A stretch of DNA of 63,529 bases, filler included, from Choristocarpus tenellus KU-1152 (taxonomy: Eukaryota; Protista; Phaeophyceae), in the NCBI GenBank assembly GCA_964200185.2. It is 10 parts of 10 records of this genome, joined end to end, with 100 filler letters (N's around TTAATTAATTAA, not from the genome) between each part and the next. Parts side by side here need not be neighbours in the genome. Positions count along the whole stretch, not along the records: positions 8,312 to 17,060 come from CAXNAD020004372.1; positions 17,161 to 21,234 come from CAXNAD020016364.1; positions 21,335 to 27,642 come from CAXNAD020008420.1; 7 more parts are not named here. One strand, given 5' to 3'. Positions 11,966-23,369 of the stretch are shown in pieces (the stretch's first letter is position 1; each line of letters begins with the position of its first letter). A program made the translations under genes and the position numbers. The notes under the pieces are model-generated. The model searched no databases, was not told the DNA's origin, and saw only the letters and a program-made list of their open reading frames with translations.

Positions 11966-14156
11966 ATGGGAGACGACCTCGCGGAACTAATCTCCACTAC
12001 TCAAAATGAGGTGATAAATTCTTCCCCCCTTCTCCTGTGCATTGTCGTGTTTCACTCATGGATCCGTAAACTAAATTGGTTGAAGGGCGTCGAGTCAAGT
12101 CACAGGTTTTGTGAGGAGAAGATGTGTGGCAATAATAGCTGGCCCTGGCAGATTGTTGACGGTCTCAGATGAAAAATAATGCTTCAAGAAATAACTAGTC
12201 GAGGGTTATCCCTCGAAAGAAGAGATGACCTGAACTAGAATCGATAGATCTTGCGCTTTTTGCTAAGTCCAGACATCTTTTGATGTACATTTTATTCGAT
12301 ATCCTTCGACGCCCAAGTACCTAGTTTGGGCAAGTCAATCAGAGTGACCAAAATATCTGAATATTCCGAAGAGACATCTGGAAATAGGAACAAGGCAAGT
12401 TCATGTGGATATGGATGATATGTTTCGTTTCCCATTTGCTTTCTCTAAGGCCAGACCCGGGTGGTCCTGTTTGTGTTGACACGAAAGTGAGTGATGTTGC
12501 TTTCCATGTTGGTGTGACAAAGAGCCAGGCAGCCTTGGTGGTGCCTACACTACGACCAGGCTTAGAGGCACTGGTCCCCGCTAAAAGAGCTGTGCACGAA
12601 TTGCTACTTCCTGTACTTGATGTTACAAGTTTGAAATAGTTGGTAAACCCTACTACTTTATTCGATGCTTCGGTTCATGGGATAGCTAGCAGAAATATCT
12701 ACCCTGCCCATGGTTCTCAAAAACAGAAGTAATCAAGAGTGGTAACAAGTCTTACAACAATTTGATTCTTTTCGAGCCATTCCTTCAACAAAACTTGCAC
12801 TTTTTTCGGTTATATGTTGTACATTGGAAGAGTGGGCAAGAATTGACTGGTCTTTTCAACATGAAATAATCAAGTTGCAGCATTGGAACCCAGGTAGTGT
12901 TTAAGGTATGATATGATGCACATTGGAGGTAAGCATCTTTCAGCATGTTCATGCTCCCTCCATTTACATCCACGTGGTTCTTGAATCTTGTGGCAATGAC
13001 TCTCCTTACATCATAACCACTTTGGGTGATAGAAAAAACATGAGATAGTTTTTTTTCTCAGGGAAGACCTCTCCTGCTATCTCATTATCTCCTCTCACTT
13101 CAATGAATACATTGCAGAGTCAAAGTATCTTAGAGTGTAGAGCCGCGTTAACTTGAGGACCAAAATCCAATATTGCCATTTTGATGTAATTTTGGCGATC
13201 GTGTTTGTGAGGAAGTGTCAATATCCTTGTTCTTGACGCACCTTTTCATAACGAATGTATTTTACCGACTCTGAAATGTTACGGAGTAGGTGAAATGTCA
13301 CCAAAACTCCATGGGAAGCCAAGCCCCAAAAGGACAAACAGGGAAAAACTCGTACCCTAACCCTAAGATACTTTCACTCGCAACAAACTCACAACCTGAC
13401 ATAATGTCGCTTTGAACCATGGGGAAGTTGGGTGGTCTGTTCCAGAAGCCGAAGCTGTCTGATAAGCTGCTATCCAAGCCACCTTTTCGCTTTTTGCATG
13501 ACATTGTCAGCGCTGTCACTGCCTCCACTGGCTTTGGACTTGGACTCTACAGGTGACACCCTCAGCTAGTTGATATTCATTGATCCAAGCTCTCCAGAAA
13601 CTTGAAATAGATTGCGTGTGAGGACTGGTAGTTTCCCTTGGATTGTCCTACAAACCTATTGTGGAGACCTTGTTCTGAGCATTCTACGGCGAAGAAGGCA
13701 TAGCACTTGCACTGGCTAGTGGCTACCTCTCCCAACTGGCATTGTTCAACAATATATTTTTATTTTCTGTTCCACCGACCAACAGCTGCAGATCATCCAT
13801 CCATGCTAACCCTAACCCTAACTCCTTCCTACCATAATTTTCTGTTCTACTTGAGACATTTTTCATTGTCTTTTTTTTTACTATACGCAGTGGTGGTGCG
13901 AACACAGTTGCATATCATCGAATTATGCTAACCCTAAACCTAAACCTAAACCTAACGCCTTCCTACCACAGTTTTCTGCTTTGCTCGAGATATTTTTTGT
14001 AGTCTCTTTTTCGCTATGCACAGTAGTACAAGCACCTCTATGATAGATTGGCACACTGCTACACCTGTACAGACACTTTCTTTTTATTAACAAAACACTA
14101 CATCTATCTATGTCAATATATATCTATGAATACATACACACCTGTGTATGTGTGTA

Positions 14157-14189
<33 letters not shown>

Positions 14190-15712
14190 CTGTGCATCAT
14201 GTGATGCATCAATGATACGATGATTCTCCCATCATTTTTTTCGCTCTTAACAGAGACTTGTCATGTGAAGAATCATCGGGCTACAGGAGGTGAAAGGCAA
14301 AGGCATTCTTTTAGCTCAATCTCATACCACAAGCCATTGTGCTCCCATGATTATATTATCTTGCTTGTTTTATGCCGCCCCACCCACCCCTCACTCTCGT
14401 CATTGTCGGGTTTTTTTCTGAATATTGTAGTAGTTCATTTTTCTTCTGAATCTTGCCATAGTTTTTGTTTTGTTTTTTCTGAAGCTTGTAAGAGTGCCAA
14501 GATTGTTTTTTTCTGATGGCGATCAAGACTCATGCGAAATTTGCATGACATGAACACTGCACTTTGAACAATGGGATGCACCTTGGACTGCAACAAGAGA
14601 AAAACCCAATGAGATATAGAGAAAATATATAGCAATAAAAAAATAAACTTAACTGCAAGAACAATGCTAATAATAGTAACGACCAAAACAAAAAAATACC
14701 TCATCAATGTGGATGGTATATTTCAATGATTTCTAGTCTCCTATTATCGCTCTAATACTAACCCTAACCCTTGAGCTAGTTTTCTATTGTAAGAAAGTAT
14801 GCTACTGTGACAGTGACATGGTGGCACTGTGTGTGTGCTGTGTGCAGTATTTTAATCCCTATGCTTACGTTTCCTCACAAGAGAAAACATACTAACAAAC
14901 AAGAAAATAAGAAGTTTGTACCAGACAAACGATGGTACGAAAATACTACATATATTACTGCTGTTCTTACCATCATTGATAGTAGTAACCCTAACCCTAA
15001 AACCATATGGCGAAAAGAAGCATTTGCAACAACAACAACAACATCAACAAAAAGATTATCAGGTCACATTAACCAAATAGGACTTGTACCATTGTTTTGC
15101 GCAACCTCTCCCCTTCTCCTAACCCTGGAAACATAGCCCCTCCCGGTTCTGAAGGTTGTGGACACAGTACTCCTTTGCCGTTAATGGGGTGGGTCAACAA
15201 GAGATGAAGGAACACGGCACTGACTACTAGCAGTCCAAAATACCAGCAGTGCATACTGCTAGTACATCCACTGGCAACCCTAACCCTAGCCCTAGCCCCG
15301 CGGTAGGACATACTCTAAAGTACTTCATATACTTCTAAGACATGCTTCAAAGACATGCTTCAAAGACATACTTCAAAGACATACTTCAAAGACATACTTC
15401 AAAGACATACTTCAAAGACATACTTCAAAGCGCTATTCCCGATGCTGTAATAGGCGTTAGGCTCTATCGTGTGGTAGTCTACCCTGCCCACGAGTCCACC
15501 TCCAAAATACAAAAATGTCTCTTGTCTCTGTTTGGCTTGCCCTCAGTGGAGATGAGCTGGACTCTGGTTCTATCAAGGACAAGACCACCAAAGTGGCATA
15601 TCTGGTCAAGCTTGTCGCACTGTTGGGGGTAGCCACCGGGGAGGCATTGGATCTAAGGCCATCCAAGGTGGTGGCGGGTCTGGAACCCGAGTGCACCAAC
15701 CGCATGCTAACA
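11966..15712 (+). CDS. IFT54: Intraflagellar transport protein IFT54/TRAF3IP1 (MIP-T3), N-terminal CH domain; exons 11966-12010, 13428-13552, 15547-15712
   Basis: [15 protein letters not shown]|[42 protein letters not shown]|[65 protein letters not shown] and PSKxVAGLEPExTN are IFT54 hallmarks. Phases are consistent. Confidence 0.93.
13117..13379 (+). mobile_element. MITE family A, full length, in IFT54 intron 1, TSD GCA
   Basis: gca|gagtcaaagtatcttagag...ctaagatactttcactc|gca. Confidence 0.92.
15337..15430. repeat. 14-bp tandem repeat (aagacatacttcaa)n
   Basis: Directly visible tandem array. Confidence 0.95.
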
Positions 15713-16679
15713 GTAAGTATTTATTTGCAAATTTGATGAACTCTTGTAAAAAGCAATGATAGGTAGGAATTTTCGAACCGATCTTGCACCTTGCCACAGA
15801 ATAATAATAATAATAATAATTTGGTAGGAAAATATGTTTATTAGTTATTGGAGTAGATCGCGTAATTTTTTTTTAAAGGGGAAAGACAAGGTCTTTGTGG
15901 AGATTGAACGGATAATGACTAAGGTTTCAGTGCAGGTTACCCTAGGGTTAGGGGTAAGGAATTAGACTAAGGGGTCACACGTATCAAGAGGAAGAGAGTT
16001 TTGTCACAACAGAGGTGGTGAAATGAGATGGAGGTCTGTAGTAAATCATAATAATGGTGTGTACATGAAGAGGATGGCTACCTCCCTGAGACAAAATGAT
16101 TGCAATGTCCTTGATCATTTTTCTCCACTGATAGTAGTTCGAGACAACAGGGAACGTTACGGGACCAATAATTTGATTGGCTCAATGTGACATCTTCCAG
16201 TCTATTCTATCGGTTCAGTTGTTTTGCCCTTCTCACTTCTTCCTTTTCTTGTTCTTCTCCTTCTTCTTATTGTTCAAGTATTTTATTCCTCTATATAATT
16301 GTTCTCAATTTTATTGTTCTCATTATTACGGTTCTCACCATAACTGTTGTTTTTCAATTACTATTCCACGAAACATAACCGTTGTAGTAATAATCTCCGT
16401 TTAAATCTGTCCCTCCCACACCAAGTGCAAACAAGGCGTATCTTATCCACTTTGAGTTGTAGGCTGTTGGCAAGAAAAGACCAGGCCAGTGAGGAGAAGG
16501 TCGAAACAGGACGAGGGAAGAGGAGATCGTGGGGACCGGTGATGATGCGAGTCTCGCCTGAAAGAAATGAATAAAGGACTAACAAACATTGAGTTGTGGA
16601 AAGTTGGATGAGGGGGCAGGTGGAAATATAGAGATGGTGTCCTCCCTCCTGCGAATTGTGAACATGGTTCCACATGGAC

Positions 16680-17060
16680 CATACAGTGTTCAATATTATA
16701 CTGTATTCAATGTCACACTGTATTCAATACCATACTCTATTTAATATATCATACTCTATTCAATAACATACTGTATTCAATGTCATACTCTATTTATTAT
16801 ATCATACTCTATTCAATACCATACTGTATTCAATACCATACTGTATTGAATATATCATACTCTTTCAATGCCATACTACTCTGTTCAATACCATACTGTA
16901 TTCAATACCATACTCTATTTAATATATCATACTCTATTCAATACCATACTGTATTCAATACCATACTGTATTGAATATATCATACTCTTTCAATGCCATA
17001 CTACTCTGTTCAATACCATACTCTATTTAATATATATCATACTCTATTCAATACCATACT
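16680..17060. repeat. Complex ~17-bp-based minisatellite (ataccatactgtattca variants) at the contig end
   Basis: Directly visible, with higher-order repetition of variant units. Confidence 0.9.
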
Positions 17061-17160
17061 NNNNNNNNNNNNNNNNNNNNNNNNNNNNNNNNNNNNNNNN
17101 NNNNTTAATTAATTAANNNNNNNNNNNNNNNNNNNNNNNNNNNNNNNNNNNNNNNNNNNN

Positions 17161-17347
17161 AATCGTCAAAGTATCTGGGGGGAGGGGGGGGGGGTGCCGG
17201 CGTCCGATTTTGACCCTGACTTAAAGTAACTAGGAGGGGTGGCGGCTGCCCATTTGGGGTCAATTTTTTCATGTCGCGATATTTGGGTGATTTGGTTCCA
17301 TACGTTGGATGGATAATGAAAGTACACCTTTTCTTATTTTGGACCAA
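17161..17347. mobile_element. MITE family B sequence (partial/compound)
   Basis: tcaaagtatctggggg...ggtggcggctgcccatttggggtcaattttttcatgtcgcgat...ggttccatacgttggatggataatgaaagt; homologous to 27743-27931, 37780-38067 and 38591-38743. Confidence 0.8.
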
Positions 17348-17365
17348 CTGATGTACGCCACTCAC

Positions 17366-20300
17366 ACGCCACTGAAGCTTTCACAGAATAGCATCCGGCA
17401 TGTCCACATCGTTGGTTCCTCCTCCCTTCCTCTCCCCTCCTTTACCAACCCTCCACGCTCACCTTTTGGACCTTGATCCTCATTCATGTCCACAGGCATT
17501 GCCTTCACAGAAATTGACTTAGGATGAGTTTCATCAGCAGACCCAGACAGTTGTTTCCCATGGCCTTCAGATACACGACCTTGATTTACCTGCCCCAGCC
17601 CAGGTAATCGGACCAGTCCTTGGTGATGCTGGTTCTCTTGAGGTCCCTGACCTGTTATCTCCCGCCCACAAACTGGTGCCTGAAGATCAACCGGTCGCTG
17701 CAGCTGCCTTTGGTGGTGGGCATGGGATGGTGGCAATGTGCTCGTCGGGGTGGAGATGTCCCCTGGTAGTTGTCGCCCGAAGAGCCTGCCAAAGAAGAAT
17801 AATCACAACCAAACTTAGGTAAATATAACTACAGAAGATAAAACATGAACACAAGAGGGATACCAGGGTATATTGTGGGGAAAATTAATGACAACTTATT
17901 GGACCGACCCAGGGACCGGTTGAATTATACTTCCCTAAACCAGACCTTCAAGAAATATCAAAACCAGGTCGGTCCACGACCAAAGATTGAAAAATTGGCG
18001 GCCTAAACCAAGATCCACCAATATTTTCTGCACCAAGCCAGCCCCAGAGACATAACGAAGATCAAGGATGAAAGAGGGTTACACTTTAGTCGGTGATACA
18101 TTGTGAAGGCAGAAGAAATCGATGACACTCAGATGCTTGTCAGAGGTACACCTCAAACTGACCAGACAACACCCAACATTTTGTCAACATCAGCAGCCTA
18201 CATAATCTTAGTGTTAGCGTATTATTCCATCCCTACTGTAGAAATAGTGATTCACGATCAGACCTTTCAAAATAATTTACTACTTAGGGTTAGGGTCACC
18301 GTGATAAAAAACAGTTGCAAAGTTATTCAACCATGAGTGGGTCTTGAAAATCCATGAACGACCAACCTTGCCTTTTAAGCAAAGGGGGGTACAAATTGCC
18401 AGCTTGTCACAAAGACATTTGGGTTCTTACACTTTTATCAAAGCATTTAAGTCTCGTATGGGTGTACCAACCACACTGGAGTAATTTCGAACTCTCCCAA
18501 CAAAGAAGCTGTACCAGCTGAGTATGATTGTACCAACTGAGGTCACGAAGCATATTCGATTACTTGTACTGACTGCAAAGTACTCTGATCGACAGATGAC
18601 CCCCTGAGCTTTGGTGCTTGATACTGGTGTGGATATTTGTTGGCTGGGTTTAATGATTAAATTAGTAACCCTGGAAAAGGCCTTAAGCATTCGAGCGTGG
18701 TACATCGTCATCTTTGTGGCTGGAGAAGTATCCCATATCTCTTGTTACGAGAAGGATGAAGACATTACAACCATATTATACATTCACATGTTTGTGACAA
18801 GTATAACCAGCCCTTCTGGTCCAAGTCAGCAGAATGATGAGTCTTTAGCTTAATTGAACAAGGATTTTATCTAATTTTGAGTGAAAGTATCTTAGAGGGT
18901 ACGAATTTTGTCCTGTTTGTCCATGTGGGGCTTGGCTTCCCATGGGTTTTTGTTGACATTTTACCTACTCCAAAATGTTTCGGAGTAGGTAAAATGTATA
19001 TGTTATGAAAAGGAGTGTCCAGGCAAGGATATTGACATCTCCTAACAAACATGATAGTCAAAATTACATCAAAATTACATTAAAATTGCAACATTGGATT
19101 TTGGTCCCCAAATGGACGCGGCTGTACCCTCTAAGATACTTTGGTTCTTTGTTCACACCTTCTCAACAATAGATGATCATCTACATTGCCTTATATCCTG
19201 CTTGCCATGACTCAACGCACCCCTTACTCTAGCAATAAACACATAATATATAAATTATTTTTTAGAAGTAACTGCAACGGTACACATCCTAATCCTAGCC
19301 CTAAGTTTGTGCAAAAAACAAAAGGTGTTGAGCTAACAAAAAATACATGAGACCTCCTTCTCAGCAATACTATGAAGTATCCTTGAGTTAATATAATATT
19401 TTATCAAACATTACATATTGCCAAACATTGCATCACCTGGCACGCTTCAAGACTGGTTCCACTAGGGGTTGAACTGACTGCACTGGGACCTGATCCCCCT
19501 CTTGCCCTGGCTGCTAATTTGAACTCAACTGTCCCGTACTATACTTCATGAAATTGACGTCTCCCACTAGGGATGTCGTTGACGTGGGCAAGGTCATGGA
19601 TTGCAGGCTTGGTAGAGTTCCCCCTGCAAAGATTGGAAATGCCGAATGCATCACCACGGGGTCAATCGCCTGTCCCTGACTCATGCTCGCAAAGCTGCTA
19701 CCACTCTGACCATGATCGTTTGAGTTTGAGTGACTGGAACCGTGAGGCTGCTCGAAAGGAGGAGACAGTCTCTCTGGCCCGTTGTCCACAACCGGGGATG
19801 CTAACACACTGCCACTACCTCCTTGTGCAAAACTGTCGGGATTGCTCTGTCCTCCAGATACAACCCCCCCCAAACTATTACCAGACCCTGAGCTTCCAAT
19901 GTTGTCCTGCAAAAAGGGATAGGGTTAGAGAGTAAAGAGGTTAAGGTTAGGATCGAGCATCAACACAATTGAGGGGTACATGAACGATATATCAACGTAT
20001 GCAGTGTTACAATAGCATTGCCCTAGCTTTGTGAGCATTACTAGCATTATCGATCTTGGAACCATTACGCAAAGTGAAAGCCAATGGAACAGAAGCAGGC
20101 ATGTGGGGTGACACATTCTTGCCACATGAAGACTCATCTGCCTCTCATGCCTCACTGTGTGCACAAAACCTTGTGGGAAGGGTAGGGACAATCATGCAAG
20201 GGAAGGGGAGACACAAGGACGAAAGAAAGGTATTGAATCAGCGAATCCACTCACATAGGCATTAGCCTCTCCAAGAAGAATACTAACATCTTGAATAAAA

Positions 20301-21234
20301 AGCTGGCTACCACACCTCACACCCCCTTCACCACCAATGTTTCTAACCCAAAGCAAAATATAAATATGCTATCAAGGAAACAAAAAGATGTCATCAATTC
20401 CATCCAGGATTAGACACACCCCCTGTGCCACGAAGAGACCCCCCTCCTTGAGATAGAGATTGTGGTTCTTGGAAATTCTGCAAATCCAGCTGCCTTCCTA
20501 GAAAGGTGGTTTCATCTCCCTGAAGATGTTCCGGCGTGTGCTGGGAGTAATCCATTGCTGCCAACTACAAGCCAAGAATATGTTTAGGGTAAGGGCAATA
20601 CAGAAGATGTGAGATTCAACAAATAAAGCTCACAAGTAGATATGTACAGTATATCACAAGGCAGGGTAGACACTGTACAGGATTACAAAAAAAAAAGTAA
20701 CAACTGTACCACAGTAAATAATAACATTTAATCAAGAATATAACGCGAAGTCACCAAAGCATCCTTTTTGGTCAGTTGAGGGGCAGAAGGTTCATGTGTG
20801 GGCAACACTTGAGAGCAAAGATATCACCAACTCAATCAAGCGTTGTGTCGATCTTGTTACAATAATTCTGCAGTAGAGCCACCAGCTATCGCAAACCTGA
20901 ACAAGTAGCGGATATAGCTGGGAATCATACCCTCTGCTCAAAATCACTAAGAGTAAGAATACAACTGTAGCAGGAAGAAAGACAAGCAACAAGCAGCAGA
21001 TGAGAAACCACCTCCTTAACAAGAGGACTCTTGCCTGCTCCTCAATCTGCTCAAATGTGAACCTGTCTTCCCGCTCCTGAGCCCAGCACTTAGAGATAAC
21101 TTCCCTTAAACACTCAGGTGAAGTCGTAGGCAGTGAAGGGCGCCTTCCTCGGTGACATATGTCTCACCCAGTTGCAATGTCCTCCTCCAAGTCATTCCAA
21201 GGTTTTTCCCGGGTAAGCACCTCCCACAACACAA
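17366..21234 (-). pseudogene. TKL-type protein kinase C-lobe plus long low-complexity tail, with two in-frame stops; exons 21234-21035, 20564-20420, 20169-20123, 19906-19437, 17785-~17366
   Basis: VLWEVLTREKPWNDLEEDIATG*DICHRGRRPSLPTTSPECLREVISKCWAQEREDRFTFEQIEEQ|LAAM corresponds to kinase subdomains IX-XI. Five exons splice in compatible phases. TGA at 21166-21164 and TAG at 19516-19514 are in frame. Confidence 0.7.
18879..19147 (-). mobile_element. MITE family A, full length, TSD TTT
   Basis: ttt|gagtgaaagtatcttagagggtac...taccctctaagatactttggttc|ttt. Confidence 0.92.
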
Positions 21235-21519
21235 NNNNNNNNNNNNNNNNNNNNNNNNNNNNNNNNNNNNNNNNNNNNTTAATTAATTAANNNNNNNNNN
21301 NNNNNNNNNNNNNNNNNNNNNNNNNNNNNNNNNNCTCCTGACAGGTGTGTACTCCGAGTCCTTGCCTAGCCGCCCCCTCATGTCCTCCGGAGGAAGTTCC
21401 TCTGGACCTGACAAGTCACAACAAAAGGGTCGGTCCACCTTGTCTTCAGAGTCTTCTCTAACCCTCTTTTTCCTGATAATGGTCCTTTTGTACTTCCCTT
21501 TGTCCTCCTCGGAAGGCTT

Positions 21520-21778
21520 GAACCAAAGTATCTTAGAGGGTAGGGCCGCGTCCATTTGGGAGTCAAAATCCAATACTTCGATTTTTTTGTAATTTTGGCC
21601 GTCATGTTGGTTAGAAAGTGTCAGGATCCATGTTCCGGACACACATTTTCATAACGTATACATTTTACCTACTCCTAAACATTTTGGAGTAGGAAAGTGT
21701 CATAAAAGAATCCATGGGAAGCCAAGCCCCAAATGGATAAACAGGGCAAAACTCGTACCCTTTAAGATACTTTCACTC
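21520..21778 (+). mobile_element. MITE family A, full length (259 bp), TSD CTT
   Basis: ctt|gaaccaaagtatcttagagggta...taccctttaagatactttcactc|ctt. Confidence 0.92.
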
Positions 21779-22404
21779 CTTGTCCCTCGGGGTTGTGCTA
21801 CTATCGGCATGTACGCGGTTCTCACTTCGCCTCACACTACGGTCGTACATGTTCCCTGGTACTTGTGACTCGGTTCCGCTGCTGTCCACTGAATGGGTGT
21901 TCGGGGACATCCCTGTGGCACTCCTGACAGGCGTGTGCTCCAACTCCTTGCCTAGCCGCCCCCTCATGTCCTCCAAGTTCCTCTGGACCTGATAAGTAAC
22001 AACAAACGGGTCGGCCCCCATCGCCTTCGGAGTCGTGTTCTGAGGGTGTGATTGTATGCCTCCCCCTTTCTAGAGTCCTGCTTCCCGTATCTACTGTAGG
22101 GCTAGGCGATGGTTTATCTTGTTCCTCTCGAGCACCTAGTGTGTCGGGTCTCCCACAAGGTATCCTGGTGGATATGCCACCAGCTACCAGTGTCTTCACC
22201 AGTGCAAATTGGTCAATGTGGAGAGCTCGTCCTGCAGGAGTTTGATAAGATCCGGGTTGAGGTTGTTCCCGAGGGCGGTGCATGTGATCACCAGGCCTCC
22301 TGGTCGTGTCTGGAGAAGGGCGACTTCTCTCTCGTGAGCGGCGCTCGTCTCGGACTTGAACTTATCGAGGTCGTGCTCGGACGTCAATAAGTTCTCTGGC
22401 GTGG

Positions 22405-22662
22405 GAGTGAAAGTATCTTAGACTGTACAAATTTTGTCCTGTTTGTCCATTTGGGGCTCGACTTCCCACGGGTTTTTTATGACTTTTTCGACTCCGAAAT
22501 GTTTCGGAGTAGGTAAAATGTATGCGTTATGAAAGGGCGTGTTCAGAACAAGAATATCGACACTTCCTAACAAACACAGTAGCCAAAACTACATCAAAGC
22601 CGTACATTTAATTTTGCCCCCCAAACAGACACGGCTCAACCCTCTAAAAGATACTTTGACTT
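22405..22662 (-). mobile_element. MITE family A, full length, diverged
   Basis: gagtgaaagtatcttag...ctctaaaagatactttgactt; TSD imperfect (gtgg/gtga). Confidence 0.88.
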
Positions 22663-23369
22663 GTGATCAAAATGTTGTGACACGCGTTTTCTCTGGATGG
22701 CGAAGGAGTGGCAAAGGTCGTGGCGAAGTGGGGTTAAAAACCACGGGAGGAAGTGTTAGCGTTAGGAGGCAAGGGATGAGACAGAGATTCGCGAGAAGGA
22801 GTACGCAGGGCAGGATGCAGAGGGGGATGTATGGGCTGCGGAAAGGATAGATGGACCAGAGTACTAGCGGTTCTTTGAATGTGTGCTGATTATTCAAGCC
22901 CACAGGACAGGAGGACGAATAGGGCAGGTAACAAAGGGTGAAGAGGAAGCGTGCAGGACTAGCATGTAACCGCGACATAATTTCTCTCCTTTTGCCGGGT
23001 TCTGTCAATCGGTACAACATAGGCAAAGTACAAAACAACGTGTACGACGAGCAACTTCGCAACCTTTGAAAGAACCAGAGAACCCTGTGACAACGTTTAT
23101 TGTGTAACTGTCGAGCGTCGGTAGGATATGGAAGAGTGTCTAGGTTGTGTGTTTTGTGTGGGGAACCATGTTTGGATGTTAACCTATGGCGATGTCGTAC
23201 AATGATGTAATTGCTGCTCGCCTGTGTGTTCGTCACCGGTGTTCAGGGTAACGCCCTCAGAGTATTTGATGATGTCCAGGTATTTTGTGCCCTCCTCCAC
23301 ATCGTCCCTCAACACGAGGTCTCTTTTTACCTGTGGAATTTATGGGGTAGATTAATATGCGCAATCAGG

